A stretch of 63,692 nucleotides of DNA, taken from contig NC_068982.1 in assembly GCF_001194135.2 (NCBI RefSeq), positions 51,746,378-51,810,069 on the forward strand, written 5' to 3'. The notes under the pieces were generated by a model, which worked only from the letters and a program-made list of their open reading frames with translations, did no database searches and had not been told where the DNA came from. Every line of letters starts with the position of its first letter. Position 1 is the stretch's first letter. The translations under genes and the position numbers were made by a program. Below, piece after piece: positions 1 to 13,560 of this stretch. The DNA comes from Octopus bimaculoides. Its lineage: Eukaryota.

Positions 1-200
1 ATATATATATATATATATGCATATATATGCATATATATATACATACATATATATACACATACATATATATACATACATATATATACACATACATATATAT
101 ACATACATATATATACACATACATATATATACATACATATATGTACACATACATATACATATATATACATACATATATATACACATACATATACATGGTC

Positions 201-236
<36 letters not shown>

Positions 237-240
237 GTGT
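1..240. repeat. Compound (TA)/(TACA)/(TG) microsatellite with a 30-bp higher-order unit
   Basis: ACATACATATATATACACATACATATATAT occurs about 4 times at 41-160. The ORFs predicted here are low-complexity artefacts. Confidence 0.95.
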
Positions 241-1513
241 GAGTATGTGTACACACTCATGTATGTGAAGATGCTGAGTGTGTCTGTATACATCGTCTGA
301 GACCTAATTTCCTAATTTTAAGTAACTCAGAATAGAAGATGGTGGGAGTAAACTTGAATAGCGGTGGCGGTGGAGACTGTTCTGGGGATTATGACTCTGA
401 CAAAGGAGGTAAGAAAGGTCCATAATAAGTAGTGGGACCTTGTACTGATAAGACCCATCTATCATATACGAGCATGGGAAAAAAACGGATGTGAAAATGA
501 TGATGATTATTCTCCGCCAATATTTAAACATGACCTTTCCTTCTTGAGATTGCTGTAGTGTGTATCTACCCAAGCAATCAGTGTCTTTCATAGCTTACCT
601 ACCTCACTCCTTCACCAGACTATCACAATATCCAACAATTAATGCTTTTTCTCTCCCATGAGGTCTTAAATTTCTGCTGAACTCTTTCCAACTTTCAGTC
701 TCTTATTACAGCACCAATGGACCATTTTCCTGTCTTTTCCCCTAGGTCATAATCTTTCATGCTTTTAAATAAATAAAGGGACATAGCCTGCCATTTTCTG
801 CAAATGCCTCACTGACTTCAGTCAAAGCATTAGCAATGAAAGGAGCCTGAACTACTTCCTTACAAGATTGACCTAAGGGTCAAATCACTGTCTTGAACTT
901 TATACTGACTATGAAGATCTCAATATTAAAAATAAATAAGGAAAGAACTTTTTTTTTTTTGATGTGAGAAATAATTGCTCTTGTTTTCATTGACAACTTC
1001 CATGACACTTGTGTACAAAAAAATGAATAAGAATACAAGGAAAAGTTGTCTACTGTATTCTAGTAACCATCCATCCATGAGGTCTGACATGTTTAAAATG
1101 GAAGAACCATATCTTAACCAAATTTCCCTCATGAACTTACCCATTTATCAACAAAAAGTTTGTGTGTGTGTGTGTGGAAAATGAGATGATTAAGGAATAA
1201 ACGGATATCTTATGAACTTACAGCTGTTTCTACTATAAAATGCAGTGGACTCATACTTGAGTGCCTGACTAACACCTTATAGCATCATCAGGACCTCAAA
1301 TACACACACACACATATACACACACATACACACTTAGTTCACTTACAGTAATTAAATCGATGAAATTCTCTCACAAACAACCACACAGTTCCAGGTTCAA
1401 TCCCACTGTGTGGCACCTTGGATATGTGTCTTCTACTATAGCCTTGAACCATCCAAAGCCTTATGAGGGGATATTGTTGACAGAATCTGAAGGAAGCCCA
1501 TTGTGTGTATGTG

Positions 1514-1560
<47 letters not shown>

Positions 1561-2630
1561 CTTTCTGTCTGTGTCCCACCACCACCACCGTTTGACAACC
1601 AGTGTTGGTGTGTTTACATCCCTGTAACTTAGAGGTTCAGCAAAAAGACTGATAGAATAAATACTAAGCTTTAAAAAAATAAGTACTGAGGTTGATTCAT
1701 TCGACTAAAAGTTCTTCAAGGTGGTGCCCCTGCATGGCTGTAGTCTAATGACTTACACAAGTAAAGGATAAGATATGATACTATCATAATTGCTAACTTT
1801 GGAAAAATTGCTTTTCTAAAAAAAAAAAATTTTCTTTCAGTTTCCTTCTACCAAATCCACTCACAAGGCTTTAGTCAGCCCGAGGCTATAGTAGAAGACA
1901 CTTGACCAAGGTGCCACGCAATGGGAATGAACCCGGAACCATGTGGTTGGTAAGCAAGCTACTTACCACACAGCCACTCCTACGCCTATGGATGCAATCT
2001 TTTAGTTTATTAGTGAAGAACTTCTGCTTCTGGTATTTTCTCCTTGAACAAGATACACAGCTGTATTAAAGATCTAGTGGGTCACAACATAGACAGAGTA
2101 TCAATAACAGCAGGAAAAGAGAGATTAATAAGTATGAAGATGGTAATGAAAATATTTTGATATACATTGAAGTCATCAACATTATCTTGAAGAAGAATAA
2201 CTAAGAAATGTTCTCATCTTGTGTGCTGTGAATTTGTATCTTGTCCCCCAAAAAAAATTCTTTATCTTGCAATAAGAAATCACACCTAATTAAGATAGTA
2301 ATGTCAACAAATGATATCTTTTTTTCCAGTTCAGTTTAATAAGTGAAGAAAAAATGCTAGGAATTATCTTATTACCTTTTAATATTTTTCTTCTGTTACA
2401 GACTTTAAAAAATGTTGACTAAAATCTACACATAAAAAAATGGGATTTAGAAATTGTATTTTTTCTATTCTTTTATTCAACAATCTAACATCAGTGTATT
2501 TGGAACATAGCGAAAAATGTCTCCACCCTACTTACTTGTGCTTTATTGACCCTTATAGGATACAAAGTAAAAGTGCACCTTCCCTGCTCCAAATCTATAT
2601 TTATCAACCTTAATCTATTTTTATCATTTA

Positions 2631-3951
2631 CTAGCAGAAATACCCGGCTTTGCCCGGGTTAAAGAGAATAATGAAATCTAAAAACGCCGTCTAGACTACG
2701 CAACCCTCAACTGTTAGTAGCTACGATACCATATTTCTAGATTAATAACTCTCCAACCCATGCCAGCATGGAACATAGACATTAAGTGGAATGCCAGTCT
2801 CTCATCTAGGAGGGCCTTGAAATCAATGTTACCAACTGGGGACTATGTGTGTCGTAGTGATAATAAAAAGACCCAAATGGAGGTCTGCAATGAAATAATT
2901 TTACTCAATACTTTGCAAGTGAATCAGTGGAGGCAAAGATGCGTCTCATTTACTTGACAATTTATGCACCACATTGCAGAAATCACAATGTAAGTNNNNN
3001 NNNNNNNNNNNNNNNNNNNNNNNNNNNNNNNNNNNNNNNNNNNNNNNNNNNNNNNNNNNNNNNNNNNNNNNNNNNNNNNNNNNNNNNNNNNNNNNNNNNN
3101 NNNNNNNNNNNNNNNNNNNNNNNNNNNNNNNNNNNNNNNNNNNNNNNNNNNNNNNNNNNNNNNNNNNNNNNNNNNNNNNNNNNNNNNNNNNNNNNNNNNN
3201 NNNNNNNNNNNNNNNNNNNNNNNNNNNNNNNNNNNNNNNNNNNNNNNNNNNNNNNNNNNNNNNNNNNNNNNNNNNNNNNNNNNNNNNNNNNNNNNNNNNN
3301 NNNNNNNNNNNNNNNNNNNNNNNNNNNNNNNNNNNNNNNNNNNNNNNNNNNNNNNNNNNNNNNNNNNNNNNNNNNNNNNNNNNNNNNNNNNNNNNNNNNN
3401 NNNNNNNNNNNNNNNNNNNNNNNNNNNNNNNNNNNNNNNNNNNNNNNNNNNNNNNNNNNNNNNNNNNNNNNNNNNNNNNNNNNNNNNNNNNNNNNNNNNN
3501 NNNNNNNNNNNNNNNNNNNNNNNNNNNNNNNNNNNNNNNNNNNNNNNNNNNNNNNNNNNNNNNNNNNNNNNNNNNNNNNNNNNNNNNNNNNNNNNNNNNN
3601 NNNNNNNNNNNNNNNNNNNNNNNNNNNNNNNNNNNNNNNNNNNNNNNNNNNNNNNNNNNNNNNNNNNNNNNNNNNNNNNNNNNNNNNNNNNNNNNNNNNN
3701 NNNNNNNNNNNNNNNNNNNNAGTTAGTAGAATAGTTTCATTTTTAAAGTGAAAGTATTTGACATGAGTGTTCTGTTTCACTTTTGACACGTAATACTTAA
3801 ATAGTGGAGGAGATATTATGTTGCCGTGGGCTCGAACTCTGCAAGAAGTTAAAAAAAATTTTTTGACTAAAACACAACTGGAACCCTAAGTAAGGCATCT
3901 GTAAAATTTGAATGAAATTGGTTGCGTAGTTCTCGAGTTTTAGGGATTCAC

Positions 3952-3994
<43 letters not shown>

Positions 3995-4020
3995 CACATT
4001 CTCATTTTTATATATATAGA
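2631..4020 (-). mobile_element. Non-autonomous Helitron-like element (spans a 725-N gap)
   Basis: 5' A|TCTATATATATAAAAATGAG followed by (TGTC)n; 3' GC hairpin at 2642-2659 then CTAG|T; AT target site. That both ends belong to one copy is inferred across the gap. Confidence 0.7.
2996..3720. other. Assembly gap (N run); further gaps at 15788-16077, 31622-31779, 34092-34145, 43549-43653, 47438-47571, 53128-53183 and short ones
   Basis: Runs of N. ORFs that read through them are artefacts. Confidence 1.
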
Positions 4021-6513
4021 TTGCTACTGAGAAGCAATGGTTCATTCATATTTCTGTACTCTCTTAACCAGTCACTAAACTCAGTACCTTTTCCTAACTC
4101 CAAGATTAGAATTTCAGCATTCATTTCTTTTTTCTTCTTTTACTGCTGTATAATTTAAACATTGGTTTATTTATTATCATTTATTTTCTCTTAAAGCTTA
4201 ACAGATTTAACCCTTTCATAACCTTTTTTTATGGTAAAATACAATGCTTTTGTGTTTTGATTAATTTGAAAATAATCAATAATTTGGAGGCACTTAGTAA
4301 AATTTTTTTTTTTTTTCATTACTAAGCATGTGTTTGGAATATATTTCAACAAAAGGCTCTTACATACAATTATTGTGGAAGGTTTTAATTTAAATACACT
4401 TTAAAATACATAGTTTTTGTATCCTAGAACTAAGAATAATTTTAGGTGGATTGTTATCAAGTGTTCAAGAGATTTCAAAAACATTCAGTGGACCTTTACT
4501 AATGACTAACAATTTTTGCTGAAATCTTTCTTTAAGAGCAACTTTGTCTTTTACTTTGAAGAACCTATTTCTTACAGCTGCTATAGTGAAATTGTACTTG
4601 TTTTAACCTCAATTTGTTCTCTCTGTCTCTCTATCTGTCTATCAATAAATCTATCTATTTATCTATCTATCTATCTTTCTTTTTTTCTTCTTTTTTTTTC
4701 AAGTAAACTATTGTTCTAATTGGAGTAGGCATAGTTTTAAGGGCCAGTAAATATTCTTTGGTCTGAATTCTGCGCACCAGACTTATTCTGTCAGTTTAGT
4801 TTTTAATCAGCGATGTTTTCTAAACCACATTTTCCTAAAAAGTTTGACATTTGATTGTGGTGTTGAGTTTTTGGCAACTATCTTGAACAGAGCTGTCTCT
4901 CTCATCTAGTTATTCAACAATGGAAGATTAACTGTACATTGAAAAGTCTGTATGTTGAACAAACCTGTGAGATTAACTATGGAATTTATTAACCTTTTCA
5001 TGATCATATTTCTAATAATGTTAAATGCCTATGTGTTTCAGTTAATTTTAAAAATAATAATGGACAAATTTAATTATTTTACTGATTCATTCCAAATTCT
5101 TAATTAAGCTGGTGTTTGGAACAGTAAAGGCTCAAGGCCTTGTGATGAGGCTATCAAACTTACAATCATAAATTTGTGGGTTCATTTCTCAGATCAGGCA
5201 GCATATTGTACTCCTTGAGCAAGGCACTTCATTTCACATTACTCAACTTCACTCAACTGAAAGTGACCACCAGTAACAGATGGGTGAGGGGTTGCTCTTG
5301 TGCCAGTTGTAAGATTGTGGGTTCAGTTTCTGGACTGGGCAGTACATTGTGTCCTTGAGCAAGGCATTTCATCTTACATTGCTCCAGTCTATTTGGCTGA
5401 AAATGAGCTACAGCTACTGCTCATTTTTAGCCAAATAAATCCCACCCCCAGCTTGGGGGTGGGATTTAACTTTGCAGTGGACTGGTGTCCCATCCAGGTA
5501 CAGCCTTTATGTAGTAGTGATTACCTGATGGTTTCCTGAGGGCTCGAGTTGCCCCATTGGCCTTGAATTTAATGATGGGGATTAAAACAGATTTTTACAT
5601 AAAATTATGATGGAAGATTTTAATTTCAATACAATGCCCAATATCAAGTAGGCCAGTGCTGAAGGGATTAAATATATGCTGACTGCATTATATTATCCAA
5701 TAAGGAAGCCTTTATGTGATCACTTGACCTGTTAGAAATAACCACTATTTTCCCCTCTAATTACACAGCCTGACATTTTTAAACAGTGGTGAATACATAG
5801 GATAATGTGTCTGGGGAAACACTATTTCAGAGTGGAGAAAACAAAAGGTGTGAGGACAGGAAGGTTAGAGCTTAAAGGTTTTTGAACTTATTGGTTCTAG
5901 TCATGAGCACCCAGACTTTTCAACCTTAGTTTATCTTGGGATTTGGCTGCTATTTCTACAAGGTAAAATAAGGAACTATGTAAAAGTTCCCTCATCATTT
6001 CATTTCATAAATACATGATGTTTTGAAAATATGATTCATAAATGAAATGCAGAATGAAAAAAATTAATTTAAGGATTTAAGGATGGAAATATTTATTAAA
6101 AGATTACATTGACATAGAACTGATTGTAGGAGAAAATAAATGTTACTAATTCTATATTCTAATTAGATTCATTAACTTTGTTAAATTTCCTCAAAAAATT
6201 CTTAAACTTATTATTCATTTGAAAATGTGAGCTTCTGAAAATGCTTAAAATAATGAAATTTAAATCATTTCCAGTATACACTTTCTTTTCTCTTTCCTTG
6301 ACAATCCTATTTAATTAATAAGATCAAGAATTGGTACCAACTTTGCTGGAGTTTTGAAGAAAATCTTTGGACACCTCTGAAAATATAAACCAAATTAACA
6401 TTTTTTTATAATTGTTTTGATTTCTTTTGATTTAAAGAAACTTGTTAATATGCATTTGATTTCACTTATTTTAACATTATTTTAATTTCTTTTCATATTT
6501 TTCTATTCCACAG

Positions 6514-8067
6514 ATGCAGCATCTTTTCTTTCACAACTACAAAGAGGAGAAAGGATCATTCACATACAGCCTGAACAAAGCAGATCTAAATCAAGCCATC
6601 ACTTTACATCCTATCAAGGAACCAACACATCAATTCCGCGTTCATAATTACATTTTAGGACAACGCATATCGAGCTTACGCCAAAAGACCCTGAATCTAC
6701 ACCGGGAGATAAATTCAGTAAATCAGTTGATAGGGGAACAAGACTCTGAGAAACCAAACAATCTCGGTTTAAGGACTTCTATAACAAAATATCATCCAAA
6801 AGATGAGGATGATGTTTTTGAGTGGGATTTTTTTACTCGTCCCTTGTATTCAGCTGCTGACGTTAATCCTAAGCGAGGAATGCCTGCTCATATGCGTGTA
6901 GCACTTGATGACATTATACAGCAGACCATACACATGATCAATGGCAATGCCAGACAGCGTGGCCGTCATATTGATTTTAAAGAAATTCTTTATGGTTACC
7001 GGAGATTAAATCCATATTTAAGCTGTGACTATATTCTTGACCTGCTTTTAATATACAGGAAACACAAAGGACGTCGAATGACTGTCCCTGTTCGAAGACA
7101 TGCATACTTACAGCAGAATTTTGGCCCTATGGAAATTTTGGAAGACTATTTTCCATCAAATAAGGAAGAATACATTTCATACGATTCTGTTCATCCTTTT
7201 GCACATCTCTTTACAGACTATAAATCTCCAGAACGGACTAACGTTGATAAAGCCAAAGAAACTATACATATCGTTCTATCGTTATCTGGTCGGTATGAAA
7301 CCTTTAAAAGATTTATGAAAAACTATGAACAAATTGTTCTAATTCCAAAAGAAAAAGTTCACTTAAATATTGTTCTTTTTGACAGCACAGATGATACAGC
7401 CTTACAGAAATCCATAAATTTGATTGTCCAGTATCAACAACTCTATGGTGCTAATTCAGTTGAACTTATTGAAGCTAATGGAGCATTTTCTCGGGCTAAG
7501 GCTTTGAAATTAGGCTCATCTGATACAAAACCTAATTCTCTACTATTTTTTATGGATGTCGATATTCTCCTTAGTAGGGATGTTTTTCAACGTGTTCGTA
7601 TGAACACCAGACAGGGACTTCAAGTATATTTTCCAATTGTGTTCAGTCAGTTTGATACAAGAAGTTTTTGCCCTGATCCAGTTAATTGCAAATTTGATAT
7701 TAGAGATTTCCGTAATGACTATGGGAATTGGCGACAGTTTGGTTTTGGAATTGCAAGTATATATAAAAGTGATCTTGAAGCTGTTGGTGGTTTTGATACG
7801 AGTATTCAAGGATGGGGCAAAGAGGATGTTGATCTTTACCAAAAATTTATCAATAGTAACTTAACTATTTTTCGCACTGTTGACCCTGGGTTGTATCATG
7901 CATTCCATCATGTTTCTTGTGATCCTGCCTTGGAACCAGCGCAGTATCAAATGTGTCTTGGTTCTCGTGCTTCTGGTTACCAGTCTGTTCATGAATTAGC
8001 AAAACAATTTTATAGCCAGCCCCATCTTTTAAATAGCAGACCAATGGATAGTAATCATAACTCCTGA
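6514..8067 (+). CDS. CHSY1: Chondroitin sulfate synthase 1-like, terminal coding exon (partial gene; upstream exons not seen)
   Basis: 517-codon ORF directly after a polypyrimidine tract and CAG acceptor (6511-6513). Motifs AITLHP, IDFKEILYGYRR, MTVPVRRHAYLQQ, FMDVDI (DxD), VYFPIVFSQF, GWGKEDVD and QYQMCLGS match the C-terminal part of vertebrate CHSY1 as I recall it. The opening Met is probably internal; the human last exon also starts MQQLF (from memory). Ends TGA, followed by TAA. Confidence 0.95.
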   Translation: MQHLFFHNYKEEKGSFTYSLNKADLNQAITLHPIKEPTHQFRVHNYILGQRISSLRQKTLNLHREINSVNQLIGEQDSEKPNNLGLRTSITKYHPKDEDDVFEWDFFTRPLYSAADVNPKRGMPAHMRVALDDIIQQTIHMINGNARQRGRHIDFKEILYGYRRLNPYLSCDYILDLLLIYRKHKGRRMTVPVRRHAYLQQNFGPMEILEDYFPSNKEEYISYDSVHPFAHLFTDYKSPERTNVDKAKETIHIVLSLSGRYETFKRFMKNYEQIVLIPKEKVHLNIVLFDSTDDTALQKSINLIVQYQQLYGANSVELIEANGAFSRAKALKLGSSDTKPNSLLFFMDVDILLSRDVFQRVRMNTRQGLQVYFPIVFSQFDTRSFCPDPVNCKFDIRDFRNDYGNWRQFGFGIASIYKSDLEAVGGFDTSIQGWGKEDVDLYQKFINSNLTIFRTVDPGLYHAFHHVSCDPALEPAQYQMCLGSRASGYQSVHELAKQFYSQPHLLNSRPMDSNHNS

Positions 8068-8422
8068 TAAAGGCTTTTATCTCTTTAGGTTCCTTTTTTT
8101 TAAATTTTTTTATTTCCATGTACCTGCAGATACACTTTCGTCAAATCATGTGTGAATATATGCTTGTGTGTCTGATAACATCTTTGGTAGTCTCATTATT
8201 GTGTAAATACATTACATATTGTTTTTTTTTAACATCAAGATATATATATTATTACCATTTCAAAAAAAAAAGTTACATTTGCTTTTATTTTTTTTCCCCC
8301 CAAAATTAATAACTTTGATTTTGGTGGAAGATATGTTGTAATATTTCTTGCATTTGAGTTTTTTTTGTTTTTTTTTTTTCACATAAGAAATATTTATTTC
8401 TCTCTATGTCTTAAAAAAAAAG

Positions 8423-8428
8423 AATAAA
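8423..8428 (+). terminator. Candidate polyadenylation signal of CHSY1
   Basis: AATAAA about 355 nt after the stop, in a T/A-rich UTR-like tract. Confidence 0.4.
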
Positions 8429-8664
8429 TTCTAAAAAAAAAAAGAAAACATCAGATCATTGACTAGAAATCAGAAGTACACCTCAATAACAAGATCAGAA
8501 ATGATTTGAAGAACAATGATGATGATGATGAGGATGGTGATGATGGTGTTATGTGCAGCAGTAGAAATAACAACAATAATAGAAAAAAACAACCAGCCAA
8601 CCAGCTGGATTTAGATACTGAAGTTTTAATTATTTGTAAATTTTATATGTGCATGCGTGCGTGC

Positions 8665-8695
<31 letters not shown>

Positions 8696-9353
8696 TATAT
8701 GTATATCTCTCTTTTTTGTTTGGTTCTCTGCTAATTTATGTGTGTGTGATGGTGTAATGTGTGTGTGTTATCTATGCACACATACACACACACACACATA
8801 TACAGTGTGTGTGTATGTATATACATACACATACACATGTATTCAAATATGAATGGGAAGCAGTCCAAGGGATATAAACAGTATTGAGCTCACATACACA
8901 AGGTATGTGTTTTGTCAGTTTGTGAGCAAGCTGTAATTGTAGAGGCATAAGAGAATATATTCTCATAAATACACTTGGTGTTAGAAACACCTGAAAGTCA
9001 TAGACAAGCAAGATAACTTGCATCAGGTCCCATTACAAGAACGATAGACATTAATGTTTTGTCATCTTTGTGACTTGTCAATACCACATACGAGACTATG
9101 TGCGAAATGGTGTAAGAACCATCTGCTGGTATGCCCCAACATTTCATACCATGGAAAAGATTCAAATATGAACGAGAAGCAGCCTGAAGGATAATAAACA
9201 ATTCAAATACACATACACAACGTATATGTTTTGTCAGTTCATAGGCAGGTGTTTTAACACCAGGTGACTTCATGAGAATGTATTTACTTATGTTTACAAT
9301 CACAGCCTGCCCACAAACCAATAAAATACATACCTTGTGTGTATATGTGTGTG

Positions 9354-9405
<52 letters not shown>

Positions 9406-9508
9406 TGTGTGTGTGTGTATACATACAGTGAAAACTCTCTACAACATGATTAACCTCACAATGAAAATATATGCATGCAGTAAATCTTCAATTTAAGCAA
9501 ACCTGATT

Positions 9509-9549
9509 AATAATAATAATAGTAATAATAATAATTATTATTATTATCA

Positions 9550-9590
<41 letters not shown>
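9509..9590. repeat. (AAT)n/(ATT)n microsatellite
   Basis: AAT run followed by an ATT run, self-complementary. Confidence 0.9.
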
Positions 9591-11741
9591 CACTGCTATA
9601 AATGTAGTCACAGCAAAACACTCTTCAAATTATACCATCGGAAAAAGGATGTAAAACTTAAATATTTTTATTTTAATATAATAATTTTATATTGTGCTCT
9701 AGTTCATATTGCATTAAAGCAAATGGTCTAAAGGTTAATCATCAGATTTTCCGTATTAAGGAACATATTGTCCCTACTTATTAATCCATTAATCAAGGTT
9801 TATCATGCAGATTCTCATTTTATTTCTGATGACACAAATGATGACAAGACTTCACTGTAGACTTGTCAGATGTGTTGGTGCTGTTGAGGCAATGTTGGTA
9901 CTTATTAGTACTGTTAGTCACAAACTGTCATTATTAAGAATAGATTTACATAATCTTCCCAACAATCAAGCATATGTCTTCATCTCCCACCCCTCTTCTA
10001 CACCTTTTTTTTTTTTTTGTCATTATTTAGTTTTTGGCATTTCACTGTTCTTCAAATTAATAAGCTAATGGGTGCTATTTTTGTATAAAAACACATCTAT
10101 AAAAAAAAACTGTAGAGATATGTAACTGTAAATTGCTAACTAAATTCTGTATAATAAAATGTGTATTTCAATAGTGTCCTAGGTTGTGACTCAAATGTTA
10201 TCAATACTACTATTGTTATTACTACTACTACTACTACTAAATGCCAAATAACTATTACATGTGTGATGCAAAAGTATTAACTATATGTTGCTGAACTGCC
10301 ATATTTAATTGTACAACTTCTCAATCAAATATTCCCTATGAAATTTCTATTTTTAAAATACAACTGATTTTTTAGAATTGAATTTCTTTAGTATTTATGA
10401 ATTAATGTTAATTTCATTTAAAAAAAAAGAAAAAAATTAAGAAGCAAAACAAAATTATTAAGAAACAAAAGAAAAATATCAAATGAACATAGTAGTCGAT
10501 CTTCTTGATTTGATTCTTAACTTAAAACCCTTAATTTTTTTGGAACTTGCTATAGAGAAAACCTGTTTCTATTAAGTTTCTAGTTAAAATCATAACCTGC
10601 AATACAGAAAATCAATTACTTTTAAGTTTATAAAATTTCACTTCTTTTGTTTAATGTCTTTCTTTTATATTTACTTGTCTAAGTGAGATAAAACTATTGT
10701 ATCCTAACAAAATTTACCAATATGTTATAAAAAAAGTAACTGACTCTTTAGCATTTAGATTTCTCTGACAAATGCAATGCTTATTTATTCACCATTGTTT
10801 TGAATTAATCATGCATTATCTCATAGCTGCAAGATTTCAATGATGTGAATTTTTATTTTTAGAATAATATTGTAGGGTGGATGTGAGAGGCAGGATCTGA
10901 CCTGTTTGAGTATAAAACAAGTAGAATATTTTGACTGGATATGATCACTTCAAGTGCTAAAGGTTTCAAAGCAAGATTTTTTTTTTTAATTGTTCATATA
11001 AATTGCAGTTTCTTGTAATATTATAAACCTCTAAATATCTGCTATGTTGCTTTTCCTTTACATTACATTTGTGAGCGGAACATTTTGTAATTTTAGCCAA
11101 TGATGGAACCTCTAGAAATAGCAGCTAAAGTCCCCTCAAGTCATACATTAACATCTTGAAGAAAAGGCATATTGAATGATGGTGTCTTGAATATATTGTC
11201 TGAAAATATGTTGAGATGGTCATGGTTGGGCCACTTTGACTTTAGATATACTTGACTACTAAACAACAGCAAAAAATAGATTTTGTTGTTTTGTGCTATA
11301 GTTTATTTTGTCATCATGCACACATATGAGAGAGTGATAGACAGAGAGCTGTGTTATAAAGTTGCCAACTTGGTAAGGCTTAAACTCAGAATTTGGGAGA
11401 ATTAATCAATATTTGATTTTGCCTTTCTACATTGTGAATTCAATCCACAGGTAATAAAATACATACCAGGAACATGCTGAAGTTGATTTCATTCAAAACT
11501 ATCACTTACCTACAAAAATATTTCACTGGAGGTAGTAATTTTAGCATGATGATGATGCTTAGTTATCATGGAGTTTTTATCATGATCATTATTAGTGGAT
11601 ATTTTCTGTTGAACAGAGGGTCTATTGTCTTGTTATATTTTTAAAATTATGTGTGTATGTGTGTGTGTCTGTGTATGTTTGTATGTATGTATGCATGCAT
11701 GTGTGTTTGTGTGTGTGTATATATATGTATATCTGTATGTG

Positions 11742-11784
<43 letters not shown>

Positions 11785-12538
11785 CTCATAAATTGAGGTA
11801 TTTCAGTGTCTTGATAAGTAGTGGTGTTGCCTTATTTTTCATTAATACGCTACCAACATACACACATTAGCTCTACATTGGTTGTTATAAACTGATATAA
11901 ACTGATATATTCAGAGTTCTCATTTTTGTCTTAGTATTTTGGTTGTTGTACTCTCTAGCATACTTGTCATATTTGGTAATATCTCAGAATTTCCACTTGA
12001 ACTCTTTATGAAATTTCACAGGAGTGGAGTGGATTGTTGTAATTTTGTTATCCATACCAAGAATATTCTCCTATTAGCTATCTACTTGCATCTTTTTACT
12101 TGAACCAGAAAATATATCACTTGATTGACCCAGAGATTGAACTCTCATCCACTAGTTGAACTACTACACTTAACACTTGATACTTATTTGTTTCAGTCAT
12201 ATGACTGTGGCCATGCTGGGGCACCACCTTGAAGGGTTTTAGTAGAACAAATTGAGCCCAAGACATTTTTTTTTAAACCTAGTACTTACTCTATTGGTTT
12301 CTTTTGCCAAACTGCTAAGTTATGGGGATATAAACACACCAACACTGGTTGTCAAGCAATGGTTGGGGACAAACACAGACATAAAGACACACAAACATAT
12401 ATATACAACAGGATTCTTTTAGTTTCCATCTACCAAATCCACTCACAAGGCTTTGGTCAGTCTGAAGCTATAGTAGAAGACACTTGTCATGCATTGGGAC
12501 TGAACCCAGAACCATGTGGTTGGGAAGCAAGCTTCTTA

Positions 12539-12766
12539 TTTCTTTATTGCCTACAAGGGGCTAAACACAGAGGGGACAAAGAAGGACAGACAAAGGGATT
12601 AAGTTGTTTACATCGACTCCAGTGCGTAACTGGTACTTAATTTTTCGACCCCAAAAGGATGAAAGGCAAAGTCGACCTCGGCAGAATTTGAACTCAGAAC
12701 ATAACGGCAGATGAAATACCGCTAAGCATTTCGCCCGGCATGCTAACGTTTCTGCCAGCTCACCGC
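12539..12766 (-). mobile_element. Young tRNA-derived SINE, family B (Nin-domain-like), nested in a family A SINE
   Basis: Head GGCGGTGAGCTGGCAGAA, B-box-like GAGTTCAAATTC, central GCCTTTCATCCTTTTGGGGTCGA..AAGTACCAG. CTTA is duplicated on both flanks and splits the host sequence GCTTCTTA|CCACACAG. Confidence 0.85.
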
Positions 12767-13511
12767 CTTACCACACAGCCATGCCTGCACATAGTAATGT
12801 TAATCTCCACTGTCCCACTCTTGATATAATCAAGGCTATGTTTGCAAAGTGGTTTATTTCTATAACATTCACCTCTTTCTCAGTATTCTAGCACAACTCT
12901 TCAAATTGGACACAGTTGTATTTCAGACATAGGCAATATTTTTCTAGAAGTGAGCCACATGAGACATGGTTTATCATCAGGTGGGCCACACTACTAAAAA
13001 GATTCACCGCAATTTCTGGTTAGGCATGCTCATTAGGCATGCCATTCAGAAAGTCTTGCAGGCCACACATTGTTCACGACTGTTTACATGACAAACTTCT
13101 TTAGTACCCTGCTAGGGGTTAACCCTTTTAATACTTACTGAACTGAAGCTACATGTATGTCTTTGTGTCTGTGTTTGTCCTCACTATCACTATTTGACAA
13201 CCGGTGTTGGTGTGTTTATGTCCCTGTAACTTAGCAGCTTGGTTAAAGAGACCAATAGAATAAGTACTGGGCTTAAAAAAAGTAAGTCCTGGGGTTGATT
13301 TGTTCGACTAAAACCCTTCAAGGCAGTGCTCCAGCATGGCCACAGTCAAATAACTGAAACAAGTAAAAGAATATATATATAATATATGACAGGCTTCTTT
13401 CAGTTTTCATCTACCAAATCTACTCATAAGGCTTTGGTTATCCTGAAGCCATAGTAGAAGACACTTGGCCAAGGTGGCATGTGGTTGGGAAGCAAGCTTC
13501 TTACCATACAG

Positions 13512-13560
<49 letters not shown>

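Noticed and set aside
17-268. Long YI/CV/TH-rich ORFs here and at many other microsatellites
   Set aside because: They are translations of dinucleotide repeats with no coding signal.
520-910. Possible degenerate LINE reverse-transcriptase fragment
   Set aside because: Only a faint resemblance to RT motifs, too decayed to call without a search.
2927-3789. 250-274 aa ORFs, and similar ones at 15701-16335, 31595, 34056, 43510 and 47408
   Set aside because: They read through N gaps.
6514-6516. ATG at the start of the CHSY1 ORF as the true initiator
   Set aside because: It follows a strong acceptor and the protein lacks the N-terminal membrane anchor and Fringe-like domain, so it is an internal Met.
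11467-11520. Minus-strand TAG|GTAAGT with a downstream GTATGT donor (43-nt exon or recursive splice site)
   Set aside because: Stops in all frames and no identified host transcript on that strand; likely chance.
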